Origin: Neocallimastix sp. 'constans'
Taxonomy: Eukaryota
Reading direction: 5' to 3'
NCBI GenBank assembly: GCA_050613775.1
Contig: JBODTK010000001.1
Location: 1,798,001 to 1,862,000 of the forward strand
Length of the DNA: 64,000 bases
Every line of letters starts with the position of its first letter. Within the stretch, counting starts at the first letter, position 1. A model generated the notes under the pieces. That model was not told the DNA's origin. It was given only the letters and a program-made list of their open reading frames with translations, and ran no database searches. Shown here one piece after another: positions 11,382 to 24,150 of the stretch. The translations under genes were made by a program, and so were the position numbers.

Positions 11382-12465
11382 AAAGATGGTATATATCATG
11401 TTTCCCATCTTTATCTAATATACTAAATAAAATTATTTATAAGAAAATAATTAAATTCATTCAATAGAAATAAATTTATTTTATAACCTTTTACGTAATT
11501 AATTATTTATTATAAAAACTTATAACACTAATTCTTAAGGAAATTAGTAAACCTCTACTAAACTTATCTAATTTTACAGGCTAATTAGTAACCTTTAAAC
11601 ATTCTTTTTATTATTATCTAATTTTACTTGACAATTAGTAACATTTTGTTAAATAAATATTTTATATTCCTATTTATATTAGTTATCTAAAAGTAATTTT
11701 TATAAACAATAATTTTTACTAAAGTATTTAACATTAAACATTTCTAAACAATTACATTTACAAGTTATTTTTATAATTTTATTAATAATTTTTACTATTT
11801 AACTATTTAATAATTTTATACTTATAATTCTATATAACTTTAATATATATATTTTAATTTATTATTATTTAAAGTTTCATTCTATATCAATTTTAACAAA
11901 TGCATTTCATGTATTACGAATCATTTTATAGCCCTTGTGTTACTATATTTGATTTATACTATATAATTATGTGTAGTATGATAAAAGATGGTATATATAC
12001 TAAATAAAATTATTTATAAGAAAATAATTAAATTCATTCAATAGAAATAAATTTATTTTATAACCTTTTACGTTATTAATTATTTATTATAAAAACTTAT
12101 AATACTAATTCTTAAGGAAATTAGTAAACCTCTACTAAACTTATCTAATTTTACAGGCTAATTAGTAACCTTTAAACATTCTTTTTATTATTATCTAATT
12201 TTATTGGACAATTAGTAACATTTTATTAAATAAATATTTTATATTCCTATTTATATTAATTATCTAAAAACAATCTTTATAAACAATAATTTTTACTAAA
12301 GTATTTAACATTTCTAAACAATTACATTTACAAGATATTTTTTATAAATTTATTAATATAATTTTTTTACTATTTAACTATTTAATAATTTTATATTTAT
12401 AATCTATATATAACTTTAATGTATTTATTTTAATTTATTATTATTTAAAGTTTCATTCTATATCA
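11382..12465. repeat. Tandem duplication of a ~500-600 bp AT-rich unit
   Basis: ~11421-11890 closely matches ~11998-12465. Confidence 0.9.
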
Positions 12466-13502
12466 AATAATATTAATAAGATGGTGTGTCTTTTATTAAT
12501 AAAATTTATCATTAAAACTTTAAATTAATTAAAAAAATTAATTGAAATTAAAGTTCAAGAGAAAAATCAATGTGATAGAAAATCACAGAAAAACATGTGA
12601 TATAAAATGAAATGTTTGAACCTTAATTAATATAAAATTAGTTTTTATTATTCAAACATAAAATGTCATAAATCAAACTTAAATCTAATGATTTTATAAC
12701 AATTTCAATATGTGGCTTGATTTCTAATTTAAATTATAATTAATAATAATTATATTCTTATTATTATATATAGTTATTAAATATTTTTTTAAATAAATAT
12801 TAATATTTATATTCATTTAATAGTTTATTTTTATTCACAAGAACAATTAATTAAATAGTTAATTATAACTAAATAACATAAAAATAAAACATTTCTCTGA
12901 ATTAAGAGAAGTGTAAGTAAGTGTAATGTAAGAGTGTAATGTAAGTTAATGTGTAATTGAAAGTATAAGAAAGTAGCTAGATATTTTTTTTTAAATATAT
13001 GTAATCTCAATAATAAAATTAGATAAATAAATAAATAATACTTTAATAAATTTAATAAATAAACCCCAACAAAAGTGCATCGAACTTTTGAGTTATATAT
13101 CACATAGCTATTGCTATTCTGAATAAAGAAGGAAATAAAAAAATAAATTTGGCTAAATTGATAGATTTTATAACAAAAAAAAAAAAAAAATTAAAAATTT
13201 ATATACAAGAATAAAGATTATATTATTATTATTATTGATAGAATAATTAAAAAATAAATTATAAAAAATAAATAATAATATAAATTTAATATAAATAAAA
13301 ATAAAAGTAGTCAACCAATGTTTACAACAAGCGCCACATTTACAAATGTGGCTTGATAAAAATAAAGCCACATGACAAAAATACGCCACTAATTAATTAG
13401 TATAAATAAAGTTAAAAATTCATGTATTATTAAATCTTTGTAATTACCATAATAAGAATAAAATATATTAAAAATTTAAATCTTAAAAACCTTAATTTCA
13501 AT

Positions 13503-13800
<298 letters not shown>

Positions 13801-15440
13801 TAATTATTTTTATTTATTTAAACAAATATATAAATTAATAATATTAATAAATTAATAAATTAATAAATATTTATACTTTTACATGTGGATTATAATACTA
13901 ATTAATTAATATGTTGGTTAAGCTATTTTATAATGTAATTGGATAGGCTTCAAAATATTTTAAATTCAACAAATTTCTTTTACTAACCCCTAACCCTATT
14001 TCTTTTATTTACTAATTATTTCAAAAAAAGGAAAAAAAATTGGTTAACCAATAAATAAGTATATTATACTAATAACAAAACACAAATTGATATTTTTCTA
14101 TTTTTTAATTTGTATTTAATTTTACTATTATTAAAATTTTCTAATATTTATTATTTTCATACTTTTAATGTAATGACTAAATATTGTTTTTTAGTAAATA
14201 TTTTTTTTTTCAATTGTTGATATTTTATGTGTTCTATTTCCTGTACCAGAGATTAATTTTGCCAGTTTTATTTAAATGTGATAAATATCATAATTAATGG
14301 TTTTTCATTAAACAATTTTATTAAATTTTAGTTTATTTTTTTAACAGTACAAAATAATAAAAAAAATTATATAATATAAAATCTATTATTAATAATAATG
14401 ATATTAAAATAATTAAATTATTAATAGAATAGGTCAATCAACATCAAATTGTCCTGGAATTAAATAAAGAAAAAAATTTCAATATTTTCTATTATAAAAT
14501 AGTAAATATTCATAAAAGTTTTTAATACTCATTGATTTTATATTATATTTATATTTATATTATATTAAATATTTATATAAAGTGCATTTAACCTCTATCA
14601 ATAAAAAAATTTTATATTATATGTCCTTATTTTATAATTCATTAATATAATATTATAATGTTATGGAATATTTATGTATAATATTTATATTATATTATAC
14701 TATATTATATTAAATATCATTAAAAGTATAGATTAGTATTTCTATTGATTGTTGTGAGATTAATATCAAAATTTTTTTTAGAATCAATGTTATTGTGAAA
14801 GAATCATCGACATATCATAATTAACAATTCTATTAAAACTAATGATGAATAAAATAGTATATGAACTAAATTCATGGGAAGAAGATGAAACAAAGTATAA
14901 TTCATATTAAATTTAAGCAAAAATGAACAACATTAAGCTAGAATATATTATATATATATAATAATATTATTATTATTATGGTATTTTAGATTATGCAAAC
15001 AGATATTCATATGAAGAAAAGAAAGAATGGTTTATAATTCAAAATTTATAATTCCTAGCAAACAATAATAAATATTTAAAAAATATCGATTAAAAAAAAA
15101 ATTTATTTATATTATTTTTTTATATTTTTATATTGTATATATTATATATATTATATTATATATTTTATATTTTATATATTTTTTTATTCTTTAATAATAA
15201 ACTAATATTTAAATATAGATAGATAATTATTTTTTACTCTTTATATAAATTTTTCATTTTTAAATTTGTTTATGGTATTAAAATTAATTATTTAATAATT
15301 TTTATTCTAAAATATTTACACTAATTATTTTTAATGAAAGTAAAAATTAACTTTTATTTATCTGTTTTTTTTTCTTTTTTTTAAATTATTTTATTTTATT
15401 TTATTTTTTATTTTATTTTATTTTATTTTATTTTATTTTA

Positions 15441-15645
15441 TTTTATTAAATCTGTACTTATATTTATATTTCTACTATTTGTTTTATTTTATTTTATTAA
15501 ATCTGTACTTATATTTATATTTCTACTATTTGTTTTATTTTATTTTATTAAATCTGTACTTATATTTATATTTCTACTATTTATTTTATTTTATTTTATT
15601 AAATCTGTACTTATATTTATATTTCTACTATTTATTTTATTTTAT
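15441..15645. repeat. 51-bp minisatellite, 4 copies
   Basis: TTTTATTAAATCTGTACTTATATTTATATTTCTACTATTTRTTTTATTTTA repeated. Confidence 0.92.
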
Positions 15646-15740
15646 TATCCACTTTTAAAAGCTACTATTAGTAATAAAACAGAAATGGCTAAACTATTAA
15701 TAGAATATGTCAATCAATATCAAATTTTCTTAGAATTATT
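15646..15740 (+). pseudogene. Ankyrin-repeat gene relic
   Basis: Translates as YPLLKATISNKTEMAKLLIEYVNQYQIFLEL. Confidence 0.6.
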
Positions 15741-18147
15741 ATAAAAGAAATAAATAAATATTTTCCTTTTTTATAATGAAAAAGTTAAATTATTAATAGA
15801 TTATACCAATAAAAATCAAAATACTTTGGAAAATGAAGGTGTTTAAAAGTATAAAAGTAGATGTAGACAATAAAATTACTATTTATAATGATAGATACCA
15901 AATAATTAATCCAAGAACTAAATATAAAAGAATAGATTACTGTCAAAGAAATAAATATATATATCATTTTATATTTTTATTTTGTAATTAATAAAAATAT
16001 TATAATTAATTGAATAATTAATAACTTTATTATTATTTTTGTATTTTAGTAGCTTTTAAATAAAAAATATACTTTTATTTTAATCTAAATATTATAAATA
16101 TATATGTAATAATAACATATGTACTTCAATTAATTTTTAATACTATTTTACTAAATTATTATTTTTTTAGTTAATTGTTTTTATTTTTATAATTTATTAT
16201 AATTTTTGTTTAATTAATTAGATATATCAAAATTATAAATGTTTTAAATTTTTTATAAATAAAGATTAGAAGAAGGAAAAATATTAAATTTCCTAAATTC
16301 CTAAATTCCTAAATTCCAAAAATTCCGAATTATATTTAATATTAAAATAATAAAAAATAAAAACAAAATTGTAAATACTAAATAAAATAAAATATAATAA
16401 AATAAATTAAAAAAAAAAAATATAAAATATAAAATATAAAATATAAAATATTAAAAAAATATTTATATGAAAAAAGAAAAATAGAATAAAGTAAGATGAA
16501 AAAAAAATCATTACCTCTAAAATTATAATAAATAAAAAAAGGAAGAGTTGGACAGCACTTTCTCATTCTATAACCGAATCTCTGTCCTTAGAATTTATAA
16601 AATCTACTGAAACTATTCCTGTCACATAAAGTACTTCTACTACTAAATATATATGTATATCTACTACTAAAAGTATTTCCGCTATTGTAAGCATTTCCAT
16701 TATTGTAAGTATTTTTACTATTAAATGGACTTCTGAAAGTGGAACTTTGTTAAAAATACTAAATTATCTTAATATAATTAAATTATATAATATTATCGAG
16801 TCTTCAAGAATTATCAGTATTGAATAGAAAATGAATAGTTCTATTTACAAAATAAATAAAATATAAAAGATAAAATCTATAAAATATTATGTTCTTTATA
16901 TAAAGAATTTTAAGTTTATATATTTTTGTATTTTATGTATTTTATATAGTTCATAAAATAAAATAGAATTAATCAAATAATAAATTTTAATAAAAATAAA
17001 AAAAAATAAAATAAAATAAAATTATTAAAACTTTAAAACTTTATATATAATTTTTTAAAAACTTATTTAAAATTATTTGAATACAATCATATTAAAATTG
17101 TTAAAATAGAATTTCACCAAAAGTAAAATTAACATTAATTTATGTATATATGACGTATATATATGATAAATATCACTTGAAAAGTCTATAAGCCACATAT
17201 AAGTCATTAATTTGAAATAATATCTCCCTATGATTGGTTTAATATACTCCTTAATTAATTTATATCCCTTTTGTAATATATATATATATCTAAGTATTAT
17301 ATTTTTTAAAAAAATATCAAATATAATTCAATGCACCAATTATATAAAAAATATATAGAATATTAAATTATATAAATATATAAATTTATTAATATTTCAA
17401 TTTATCTTAAAGTATTAAGTTTTATTTTTAAATAAAATGATTTAAAAACCTTTTTTTTTTTTTTAGAGAAAAAAGGAAAAAAGGCAATAAATTTTTAAAA
17501 ATTATTAAATCAATTTAAAAGTATTTTTAAATAATATAGAGAAAGTAAGAGTATTAAAAAGTGTGATTAACAAGAAAAGAATTTACACAAATAAATAAAA
17601 ATTTAAAAAATATCTAAAATCTCTAACAAAAAAGAATTTACACAAATAAATAGTAATTTAAAACGGTAATAAAAATAAAATATGATAAAGAATATAAGAT
17701 ATTCCAATTATAAATTATACGAATTACTTAAATTATATTCATTTTTTACTATATTATATTTATTATAAATTATATACATTTTTTTATTATATATATTACA
17801 AATTATACACATTTTTCACTGTATGTATAAAATATAGGATAATAGAATTTCTCTAACTGTTCATATCAGAAAAAAAAAAAAAATATTATCGTATTAATTA
17901 ATAAAACAATTATTGAAAATTCAAAAACTATTATTCAAATATTTAAAGTATTTATTTTATATTTTATATAAATTAATAATTTTTTTTAGTAATTATAAAA
18001 AAAAATAATTAAAAAATTTTTTTTTTTATTATTATTTTAATTATAATTAAAACAATTATTTAATATAAATTATTCTTCAAAAAAAAAAAAAATAAAAAAT
18101 AAAAATAAAAGTTTTGATATTATTTATTATAAATTTCAATAAAGAAA

Positions 18148-21100
18148 ATGAAGATTTCGTTTCTTTTATTGGTATCATTAGCTGTTGCCTCGAAGGTTTC
18201 AGCTGATTCTAGTTGCTGGGCAGATGCTCTCGGATACAACTGTTGTATTTATACAAAAGAAGTAATTTACACAGATGAAAGTGGAGATTGGGGTGTAGAA
18301 AATAATGAATGGTGTGGTATTATTGAAACAAAAGAAAAAACCAATTGTTGGGCAAATATACTTGGTTATCAATGCTGTGAAAATACTAAAGAAGTATTTT
18401 TAAAGGATGAAAGTGGTAGTTGGGGTATTGAAAATGACGATTGGTGTGGTATAGTTCAAGAAGCTCCTGTATCTACTACGACAAATAAACCTGTTACTAC
18501 TACAACAAATAAACCTGTTACAACTACGACAAATAAACCAGTTTCTACTGTAACAAATGAAGAGGGTGATATAACAACTAAATATATTAAAAATCCTTCA
18601 TTTGAGCAGGATAACGTAAATAGTCTTTCCAAGGATAGTACCCGTGGTGCCTTCGTTGCCACAAGCGTCGTTAACTGGAAACTTTCTGGAAGTTATGGAG
18701 TGAGTGACATCATGACATCTTCTGCCACTGCCACGGACAATAACTTTGGTGCACCAGGTAACCCATCAGATGGTAAACAGATGTACTATATTCGTAATGC
18801 ATGGAATGCTTCTTCGGCATCATTACTTCAAAGTGTGACTTTGCCTGCTGGAATCTATAAACTTACGATTGACAACAAATGTGTAACTGCATCAAGTCAT
18901 GCAGCTTATCTTGTTGCAGGTGAGGACAATGTTACCCTTCCTTTCAAGGATTCTTTACCAAGTAAATGGACAACTACTGAGCTATTGTTCACACTCTCTC
19001 GTGACACAACTCTTAACATTGGTATAGAGGTTGAATTCGGTAGTGGTTCTGGAGGAAGTGTGTTGGTGGATAACTTCCGCCTCTATCGTCTTCCAAATAA
19101 TACTGAAGTGTCAAATGAACCAAAAGAAAACGATGTTCCTTCCTTCACCGAAGGAGTAATCAACAATAATTTCGTGCCTGAGGCTGAAATGAAGCATGAT
19201 CTTCTTCAAATGCTTGCTGACTTTTCGACATATATGGTAAATGACTTCCAGGAATGTGTAGCACCTAATAGTTTAGGTGAAAAGTGCGGATGCTTCAAGG
19301 GGGAGAACACCATGGCTAATGATGAAAGAGGAGTACGTCCAAATGCTGATCTCTCTATGATTTGTGCTTTCCTCGTAAAGTATGCAAAGCCACAAGGAAT
19401 AAAACTTCCGCAAGGTGTCACTTACAGCAAACTTGAAGACATGGCTATGAAGTCTCTCGTATTTGCTTACTCCACACACAAAGCAAATAAGTTGAAGGTA
19501 TGTTCTGGAAACAACTACTGGGGTTCTACTTCAGTGAATGATAGTGTTTGGGAATCTAGTCTCTGGGCCATGTCTGTGGCTTATTCTGCTTATTTCCAAT
19601 GGGACAAGCTCTCCTCTGGACAAAAGGGATACATAGAAAAACTTCTCAAGGCAGAGTGTAACTATGAGTTATACCGCTCAATCCCTACAGGCTATGAAGG
19701 CGATACTAAGGCAGAAGAGAATGGATGGGAAGCAGACGTACTTGCTGCAACACTTGGTCTTTTCCCTGACGATAATCTTGCAAGTAAGTGGTTCGAACGT
19801 ATGCGTGAAATGGCAATCAATTCTTACTCTCATCCAAGCGATGCTAATAACAGAACAGTTATTGATAAGTGGTATGACAGCAAGACAGTGGCTAACCTCT
19901 ATAAGGGACAAAACCTCTATGACGACTACTCACTTCAGAATCATAATCTTTTCCATACCTCTTATCAAAATGTAGTTCAACAAGAACTTGGTGAGGCTAC
20001 ACTTGCACTTAAAATGTTCCAATTAGGCTTGAAGGGTAATGAAAAGTGGAAGAGTAACGCACTTATGCATCACAATCAAGAAGTTCAAGATAATATACTC
20101 AACTGGCTTGCTTTAGCAGATGGAGAACTTGCAATGCCAAATGGTAATGACTGGTCACTTTTCCTCTATGATCAAATTACATCATACTCAACACAAGCTT
20201 GTTTCCTTAGGGATCCAAATGCCCTTATGCTTGAAAATCTTGCTTATAAGTACATCAAGGCTCGTCAGAAGACCACCTCAGACGGTTCATGGCTTCTTCG
20301 TCCTGATGTTGGTGCTCGTCGTATGGGAGTAGAAGCTCATCGTGTAATGATGACCTATCTCATGCACGACATACTCTCCACCAAAGATATTACTCCTACC
20401 TCTTGGGAAGATTTCAACCGCAAATATGCTGAGGCCCGTATGATTCCTAGACAAAACATTGTCCGTGCTTCCACAGACTACCGTTTCTCTTGCTTCTCTT
20501 GGTCAAAGGGCTTAAAGAGCTATACTGGTTATTTCGCTGCTAATTCTGTCGATAAGAACAAGATTGTTGTACCTTACCGTGCATACAATACCGGTAATCT
20601 CATTGGTTGGTATGAAGTCAGCGGAAAGAGTACAAATGCTAGTCCTATTATTTCTGGAACCTATCAACTCAAGGGCAACAGCTACGTAATGAACGGTGAA
20701 CTTAGTTGTAATGATGGAACGCTCGATAACCGTTTCGCCATATATTCTACACCAAATAACGCTATTATATACCTTGACTATGTGACTGCCAATAGTGATG
20801 TTACTATCACCGCTGAAAAGGGTGGTTTACTTGCCATTTCTACTGATGAATTAATGAAAACAAAGCGTACACTCTACTTTGACAGATATGCTAATGTATA
20901 TGGTCAAGGAGAGGTGACATCTTCTATAAATGGAGACGTTCTTGCCTACAAGCAATACGATGGTGCTTCCTTTGTTCAAATTAATAGTGATTGGGTAAAT
21001 GTAGATAATGAACTTGGTGTAGTTAGTATGAACGGTAAGAAAATTGCATTCGGAGACCGTGGAGCCAATAACTCAATATATACCTCTAAACTCTACCCAA

Positions 21101-21645
21101 TGTACAATAAAAAGAATCGTCAAGTAAAGAAGAATGAGGTCGTTGATGCCCGTAACCTTGTATATTACAGTCTTACTAATGCTGAAGAGACAAAATCCTA
21201 TGCTGATGCTGTAATGAAGCTTAGTGATAAGTTAGCCCAGGGATGGAATGGTATTATTGCCTCAGATCGTGAAGGTGCCTACATTCTTATCAGTAATTTC
21301 AAGGGCCAAGAAAGATGTACACTCTCCGACCTCAAATATGGTACATACGCTCCAGTATTCTTTGAGAAAACAAGTATTGTCAATGGAGCATCAACCGTCA
21401 GTATCTCACTTAAACAGAACACCTCATACGTTCAAACTATTTCCATTGCCATTGTAGGTGGTAAGGAACTTGAATGTAAAATGGAAAGTGATGGTGTAGC
21501 TTACGTTACTTCAAAGTATGATGAAACTATTGGTGTTGTTATACCAGGTAATGAGAATAACGTCAGTAATATTAATGTGAAGAAAAACGTTACATATAAA
21601 GTATATCGTGGTACTAATGGTAAGGTCTATGCTGAAAGCAACTAA
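18148..21645 (+). CDS. Secreted cellulosomal protein: signal peptide, 2 fungal dockerins, Thr-rich linker, CBM-like jelly-roll domain and a large uncharacterised bacterial-type module
   Basis: MKISFLLLVSLAVA signal; two CW…GY.CC…WG.EN..WCGI repeats; PVTTTTNK linker; IKNPSFE…VDNFRL domain; intronless 1165 aa. Confidence 0.9.
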   Translation: MKISFLLLVSLAVASKVSADSSCWADALGYNCCIYTKEVIYTDESGDWGVENNEWCGIIETKEKTNCWANILGYQCCENTKEVFLKDESGSWGIENDDWCGIVQEAPVSTTTNKPVTTTTNKPVTTTTNKPVSTVTNEEGDITTKYIKNPSFEQDNVNSLSKDSTRGAFVATSVVNWKLSGSYGVSDIMTSSATATDNNFGAPGNPSDGKQMYYIRNAWNASSASLLQSVTLPAGIYKLTIDNKCVTASSHAAYLVAGEDNVTLPFKDSLPSKWTTTELLFTLSRDTTLNIGIEVEFGSGSGGSVLVDNFRLYRLPNNTEVSNEPKENDVPSFTEGVINNNFVPEAEMKHDLLQMLADFSTYMVNDFQECVAPNSLGEKCGCFKGENTMANDERGVRPNADLSMICAFLVKYAKPQGIKLPQGVTYSKLEDMAMKSLVFAYSTHKANKLKVCSGNNYWGSTSVNDSVWESSLWAMSVAYSAYFQWDKLSSGQKGYIEKLLKAECNYELYRSIPTGYEGDTKAEENGWEADVLAATLGLFPDDNLASKWFERMREMAINSYSHPSDANNRTVIDKWYDSKTVANLYKGQNLYDDYSLQNHNLFHTSYQNVVQQELGEATLALKMFQLGLKGNEKWKSNALMHHNQEVQDNILNWLALADGELAMPNGNDWSLFLYDQITSYSTQACFLRDPNALMLENLAYKYIKARQKTTSDGSWLLRPDVGARRMGVEAHRVMMTYLMHDILSTKDITPTSWEDFNRKYAEARMIPRQNIVRASTDYRFSCFSWSKGLKSYTGYFAANSVDKNKIVVPYRAYNTGNLIGWYEVSGKSTNASPIISGTYQLKGNSYVMNGELSCNDGTLDNRFAIYSTPNNAIIYLDYVTANSDVTITAEKGGLLAISTDELMKTKRTLYFDRYANVYGQGEVTSSINGDVLAYKQYDGASFVQINSDWVNVDNELGVVSMNGKKIAFGDRGANNSIYTSKLYPMYNKKNRQVKKNEVVDARNLVYYSLTNAEETKSYADAVMKLSDKLAQGWNGIIASDREGAYILISNFKGQERCTLSDLKYGTYAPVFFEKTSIVNGASTVSISLKQNTSYVQTISIAIVGGKELECKMESDGVAYVTSKYDETIGVVIPGNENNVSNINVKKNVTYKVYRGTNGKVYAESN

Positions 21646-22055
21646 AAAATAATTAGTTAACAATACTTTTATAAAATATTTAAAGCCAATGATTCAAAGC
21701 ATTTCCTTTTTTCTTTCAAGATTTAAAAATATTACTTTTTTTTTTTTTTTTTTTTAATCTTAATAATAATAATAAAATCTATGTAATTTTTTTTTTTTTT
21801 TTTTTTTTTTTTTGTAATTATAAACAATTTCATTCTATGTAATTTTTACTTTTTGGGGCTTTATCAACAAACAAGAGAAAAAAAAAAAAAAAAAAAAGAC
21901 TATTGGAAGGGTTTTCATGTATAATATAATTAAATACAATAAATATAATTAAAGCACCATAAAAATTAAAAATAAAAAAAAAAATAAAAAAATTGAATTA
22001 ATTAATTAATTAATTAATTATAAAAATCAGTAATTAAAATAAATTATAAAAAAAA

Positions 22056-22094
<39 letters not shown>

Positions 22095-22727
22095 ATATAA
22101 TTTAAAAAAAATTTTTATTAAAACTTTTTACTGTTAAGTTATTATAAAATATATAAAATTTTTATTATACTAAAATATTTATGGATATATTTATAAATAT
22201 CTAAGATTGTATTAAAATGATATAAGTTAATATATATTTTTTTAAAATATTTTTTAAAATAAAATATATAATTTTTTTTTTTTTTTAAAAAAATATAATA
22301 TTAATACCAAAAAAAATTCTTTAACTAATTTTTTTTTTTTTTTTTTTTTTTTTTTGTTTTTTGTTTTTTAATTAATATATATAAATATATAGATATTAGA
22401 TAAATTATAATATTTTTTTTTTTTTTTTTTTTTTAAATTAATGATAAAATGCGAAAAATACAATAAATATTATTAAAATCAGTTTTAAAATAATAATAAT
22501 TTATATAAAGTAATATGGATTAAATATATATTAACAATTTCTTTTGTTTATATATTAAAAAAAAAAAAAATTATTCTTAATATTATTATTCCTTAATATT
22601 TTATATATACATATTTTATTAAATTTTTACACCTTTTTTTTTTTTTTTTTTATTTTATTTTATTTTATTTTATGAAGATCATTTTAATAAATAAAAAATC
22701 CTCCGTTATAAAATATTATTCTAACAT

Positions 22728-22771
22728 ATTATTGGATAGACATATATATATATATATGTCTATCCAATAAT
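22728..22771. repeat. Perfect 44-bp palindrome centred on (AT)8
   Basis: ATTATTGGATAGAC(AT)8GTCTATCCAATAAT. Confidence 0.93.
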
Positions 22772-23307
22772 TGTACAATAAATTAAATATACAAGTTATG
22801 AAAAAAAAAAATTAATCTGTTAAGAAGAATTATCAATAATAATAATAATAATAATTGTTAGAATACGTGAAATATATGAAATAAATCAAACAATAAGATT
22901 AATTATAACAATGAAATAATTTAACACAAATAAAATTAATTTAACATATAGATCTATATCAAATGGAAATAGAAAAATAATATATTTTAACCACAATAGT
23001 TCTTTTGAATATGCTACATCAAAAAATGGTTATTATCTTACTAAATACAGATGGTATAATAGTAAAGAAAAAAAAATCCTCTTCACAAAGTTCTAGTCCT
23101 TCTTGTGATATGCTTACAAAAGTGATAATAAATATAATAGTGAAATGAGAGGAGAGAGTTGTTAGATGTTATAATTATTAATGTGAGATGATTCGATGAT
23201 TAATATAGAAATAATAAAATAATAATAATCATAATAATAATAAAATATTTATTAATATTTATTAATATTTTACTATTTACTATTTATTATTTCCATTATT
23301 AATTAAA

Positions 23308-24150
23308 TTAATCACCACCACCTCCATCACCTCCTCCACCATCACCACCACCACCATCGCCACCATCACCCCATCCTTCTCCAAAACCTCCATAGCCATC
23401 GGTATTACAATCACCGTAGTGAAAACCTAAATCAATATAATCATTATCATCATTACCATTATTACCATCACCATCACCATTATCATCATCATTATCATTA
23501 TTTTCATCATCATCACTGGAATCAAAGTCTAATCTTTCCTTATTGCGTCTTCTTATTCTTTTATTTACATAGGAAAAACGATCTGAAAAGAAGGCTGCTA
23601 ATCCCATCATAAAGATGATATCTACGTTTGGAGCAATTTCCAGAGTACATTTGGTTCGAGTATGATTATCTCTTATGATTTTTGCAATTAATGGAGCACC
23701 TTCTTTTTCTTTACCATAAAATATACCACATACTACTAATTTTCTATCACTATTCATTTGAAGATATTCTTCTTCTCCTCTGATTAAATTTTTTACGCTA
23801 ATTTTATAATTACTTTTGGAATTACGACACTTAATTTGGGAAACTAATATACTTTTATCATTTCCAATGTAAACATCTTTTCTTATTTTTTTTTCTTGAC
23901 TTTCTTTAATTTTTAATAGAGGTACATTGTCTAAAGTGCATATGACACTTGATGAAGGTTTATGTTTACCCTTATAGTATTTAATGCCATCTGTTCCTTT
24001 GACCTTAAGATTATATTTTGCAAAACTACTTTTAGCTCTTTCAAGAATATATTCCTTTGGTGATTGACTAATATATTTACGACCAACAACAGCAAACTCC
24101 CTGGTCGGTGGTTGTATCGGTTTATCATATAATTCTTTAAAATAGCCCAT
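23308..24150 (-). CDS. LURP-one-related / Tubby C-terminal-like protein with an Asp/Asn/Gly-rich tail
   Basis: 280-aa ORF; C-terminal LEIAPNVDIIFMMGLAAFF resembles the LURP-one/scramblase terminal helix. Confidence 0.65.
   Translation of the reverse strand: MGYFKELYDKPIQPPTREFAVVGRKYISQSPKEYILERAKSSFAKYNLKVKGTDGIKYYKGKHKPSSSVICTLDNVPLLKIKESQEKKIRKDVYIGNDKSILVSQIKCRNSKSNYKISVKNLIRGEEEYLQMNSDRKLVVCGIFYGKEKEGAPLIAKIIRDNHTRTKCTLEIAPNVDIIFMMGLAAFFSDRFSYVNKRIRRRNKERLDFDSSDDDENNDNDDDNGDGDGNNGNDDNDYIDLGFHYGDCNTDGYGGFGEGWGDGGDGGGGDGGGGDGGGGD

Noticed and set aside
13983..13998. Telomeric repeat CTAACCCCTAACCCTA
   Set aside because: Only about two imperfect units; compatible with chance
14780..15065. 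Possible coding relic
   Set aside because: Too degraded to assign to a family
15441..15645. CRISPR-like regular repeats
   Set aside because: Head-to-tail minisatellite with no unique spacers
18456..21457. Short overlapping or antisense ORFs within the dockerin gene (likewise within gag, pol, amylase, chagasin and LINE ORFs)
   Set aside because: Shadow frames of real CDSs with no independent motifs
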